DNA of 20,000 nucleotides from Rotaria socialis (Eukaryota): NCBI GenBank assembly GCA_905331295.1, contig CAJNYD010000069.1, positions 300,185 to 320,184 of the forward strand, read 5' to 3'. Shown piece by piece: positions 18,259 to 20,000 of this stretch (position 1 is its first letter; each line of letters starts with the position of its first letter). The notes under the pieces were generated by a model. It saw only the letters and a program-made list of their open reading frames with translations, ran no database searches and was not told where the DNA came from. The position numbers and the translations under genes were made by a program.

Positions 18259-18927
18259 ATGACTCTTATTCTACCAGTAAAACATATAAAACAACAATCT
18301 AATTGGGATTGTGGCGTAACATGTTTAAGAATGTTGATCGATTATTATCATCTCGATTCATCATTATTTGATCGTTTATTAGATTCTTATGAATGTAATC
18401 AAAGTACATGGACCATTGATTTATTACATCTTCTTCATCAATCTGGTATTGATGCAATTCTGCACACAATAACAATCGGTTGTTCATCATCCTATAACAA
18501 TGTGCCGTATTATGAAAGTGCAATTCAGAAAGATCGAGAGCGAGTTGATAAACTATTTCTTAGGGAGACATCGAACATTAAAATAGGTCCAATAGAATGG
18601 TCGGATTTGAAAAATCATTTAATCGAACAGCGAATACCTTGTCTAGTTTTAGTTGATGCCGGTAAACTTCAATGTTGTACATGTAAAAAGACAACACTAA
18701 CTCGAATATTTGATAGGTTAATTTCAACCATATCAACAAGTTATCAAGGTCACTATATACTTGTTATCGGTTATGTAGCAAGCGACAATAAAGAATTTGT
18801 TCGCTATGTTGATCCCGATCAAACCGATGGATTTTGTACAACGACAAGAGAAAATTTTGATCTCGCACGAAAAGCATTTGGAACAGATGAAGATATTATC
18901 CTGTGCTATAAAAGGGATAGGAATTAA
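18259..18927 (+). CDS. GUCD1: GUCD1 (guanylyl cyclase domain-containing protein 1) family protein, ~222 aa
   Basis: LPVKHIKQQSNWDCGVTCLRM, STWTIDL, YQGHYILVIGY, YVDP, FDLARKAFGTDEDII match GUCD1 motifs. Homology starts at ATG 18259, just after a strong acceptor (TTTTTTTCTTCCTTTCCAG ending 18255), so the 18142 start is probably spurious. Confidence 0.9.
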   Translation: MTLILPVKHIKQQSNWDCGVTCLRMLIDYYHLDSSLFDRLLDSYECNQSTWTIDLLHLLHQSGIDAILHTITIGCSSSYNNVPYYESAIQKDRERVDKLFLRETSNIKIGPIEWSDLKNHLIEQRIPCLVLVDAGKLQCCTCKKTTLTRIFDRLISTISTSYQGHYILVIGYVASDNKEFVRYVDPDQTDGFCTTTRENFDLARKAFGTDEDIILCYKRDRN

Positions 18928-18999
18928 AATTTACCAACGATTATTATTAGTTTTGTTGGCCAGATAAAAAAAAATTGGCTGGGTTTTCTCTGTAGTCTT

Positions 19000-19004
<5 letters not shown>

Positions 19005-19030
<26 letters not shown>
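19005..19030. repeat. (AT)n microsatellite followed by poly-T, in the GUCD1 3' region
   Basis: ATATATATATATATAT TTTTTTTTT read directly; AATAAA follows at 19081-19086. Confidence 0.8.
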
Positions 19031-20000
19031 CTTAAGTTATTATTTAAACTGTTACTATTTCTGCGGTGTAAATTTTATTTAATAAAACTCAAACAAAAGC
19101 CCTCGAGATTTATTCTAATTTGAATAAACAATGCCGTTTCGCTTTTCCATATCATTAATTGCCACCTACGTTACGAAATTTTGCGTGGGAAATCTTATAA
19201 ATTTCATGTTTTCAAGAGACTCGAGCCCTCTCTTTATATTCATGGTTTATTTTTCTTTCTCATAAAGTACACGGCGAGATGATTACTTGTTGTTTTTGCT
19301 CTCGAGATTTTTTTATGCTACTTTTAAAAAAAAATAAGACATACATATTTTCCCTAAATAGGCTCGCCGAGTTTGATTAAATATGAGATATACTATCGTC
19401 AAATTTTTCAACAGTATAATTCCTATGGCTGATTATTGAGCTGAAGGATCGATGTGTACTCATCATTAAATCGAAATAAAGGAGATTCTTTTTTTTTCTA
19501 GAAGAAAAATGAATCTAAGACATGTTAGAGAAGAAATGTTTACAGTATTTTTCTTGGGTAACAGAGGGTTCTTTTAAACAAAAAACAAAAGGGTTTAATC
19601 TATTGCGAAAAGGTGTGAATAACAAGTTCACAGTGACACTGTCCTGAAAGAAGCAAGTCCATGATTGAAACTGCGACGTTTTTACTTCAGTTGTCTACAT
19701 AGACGATTAACAAAAGTAAACACGTCTCCTGGCAAACTGAATTATTTTATATGTAATTGATTCTTTGTGTTCTTTTTCCTTTTCGTTCCTATAATTCGAT
19801 GTTCATCAGCGAATACATTTGTCATAACGTAATTAAACTCTAGCCTCAATTATTATTAGTGAGATAAGTTTTTATTTGGCATCCATTTACTGTAATATCT
19901 AAAAATATAGCAATCCATATCTAAATTATATCAATATTGCCTAACTTAATACAGTAGTATCTATTCTGGTGAAAGGATACCATTAAAAAAATTGTTTAAT

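Overview
AT-rich eukaryotic (animal) genomic DNA with many ~50-70 nt GT-AG introns; the style suggests a compact invertebrate genome such as a bdelloid rotifer (inference, not proven). By manual splicing I find four conserved genes: a 20-exon partial ULK4 pseudokinase (- strand, ATG 7825, running off the left edge), a 6-exon calcineurin A catalytic subunit (+, 11372-15113), a Tctex1-domain dynein light chain (-, 17313-17906) and GUCD1 (+, ~18259-18927). The last two are head-to-head. Features not obvious from the ORF track: (i) a two-exon gene for a signal-peptide-bearing, defensin/anemone-toxin-like Cys-rich peptide (-, 16446-16735) with TATA box and polyA signal but an in-frame TGA at codon 8; (ii) an orphan 141-aa ORF nested antisense in a 620-nt ULK4 intron; (iii) a 355-bp fold-back MITE with a TA duplication inside a ULK4 intron that appears to use a GC donor; (iv) a calcineurin with a loop insertion, an altered autoinhibitory segment, a long tail and a stop/start-overlapping uORF.
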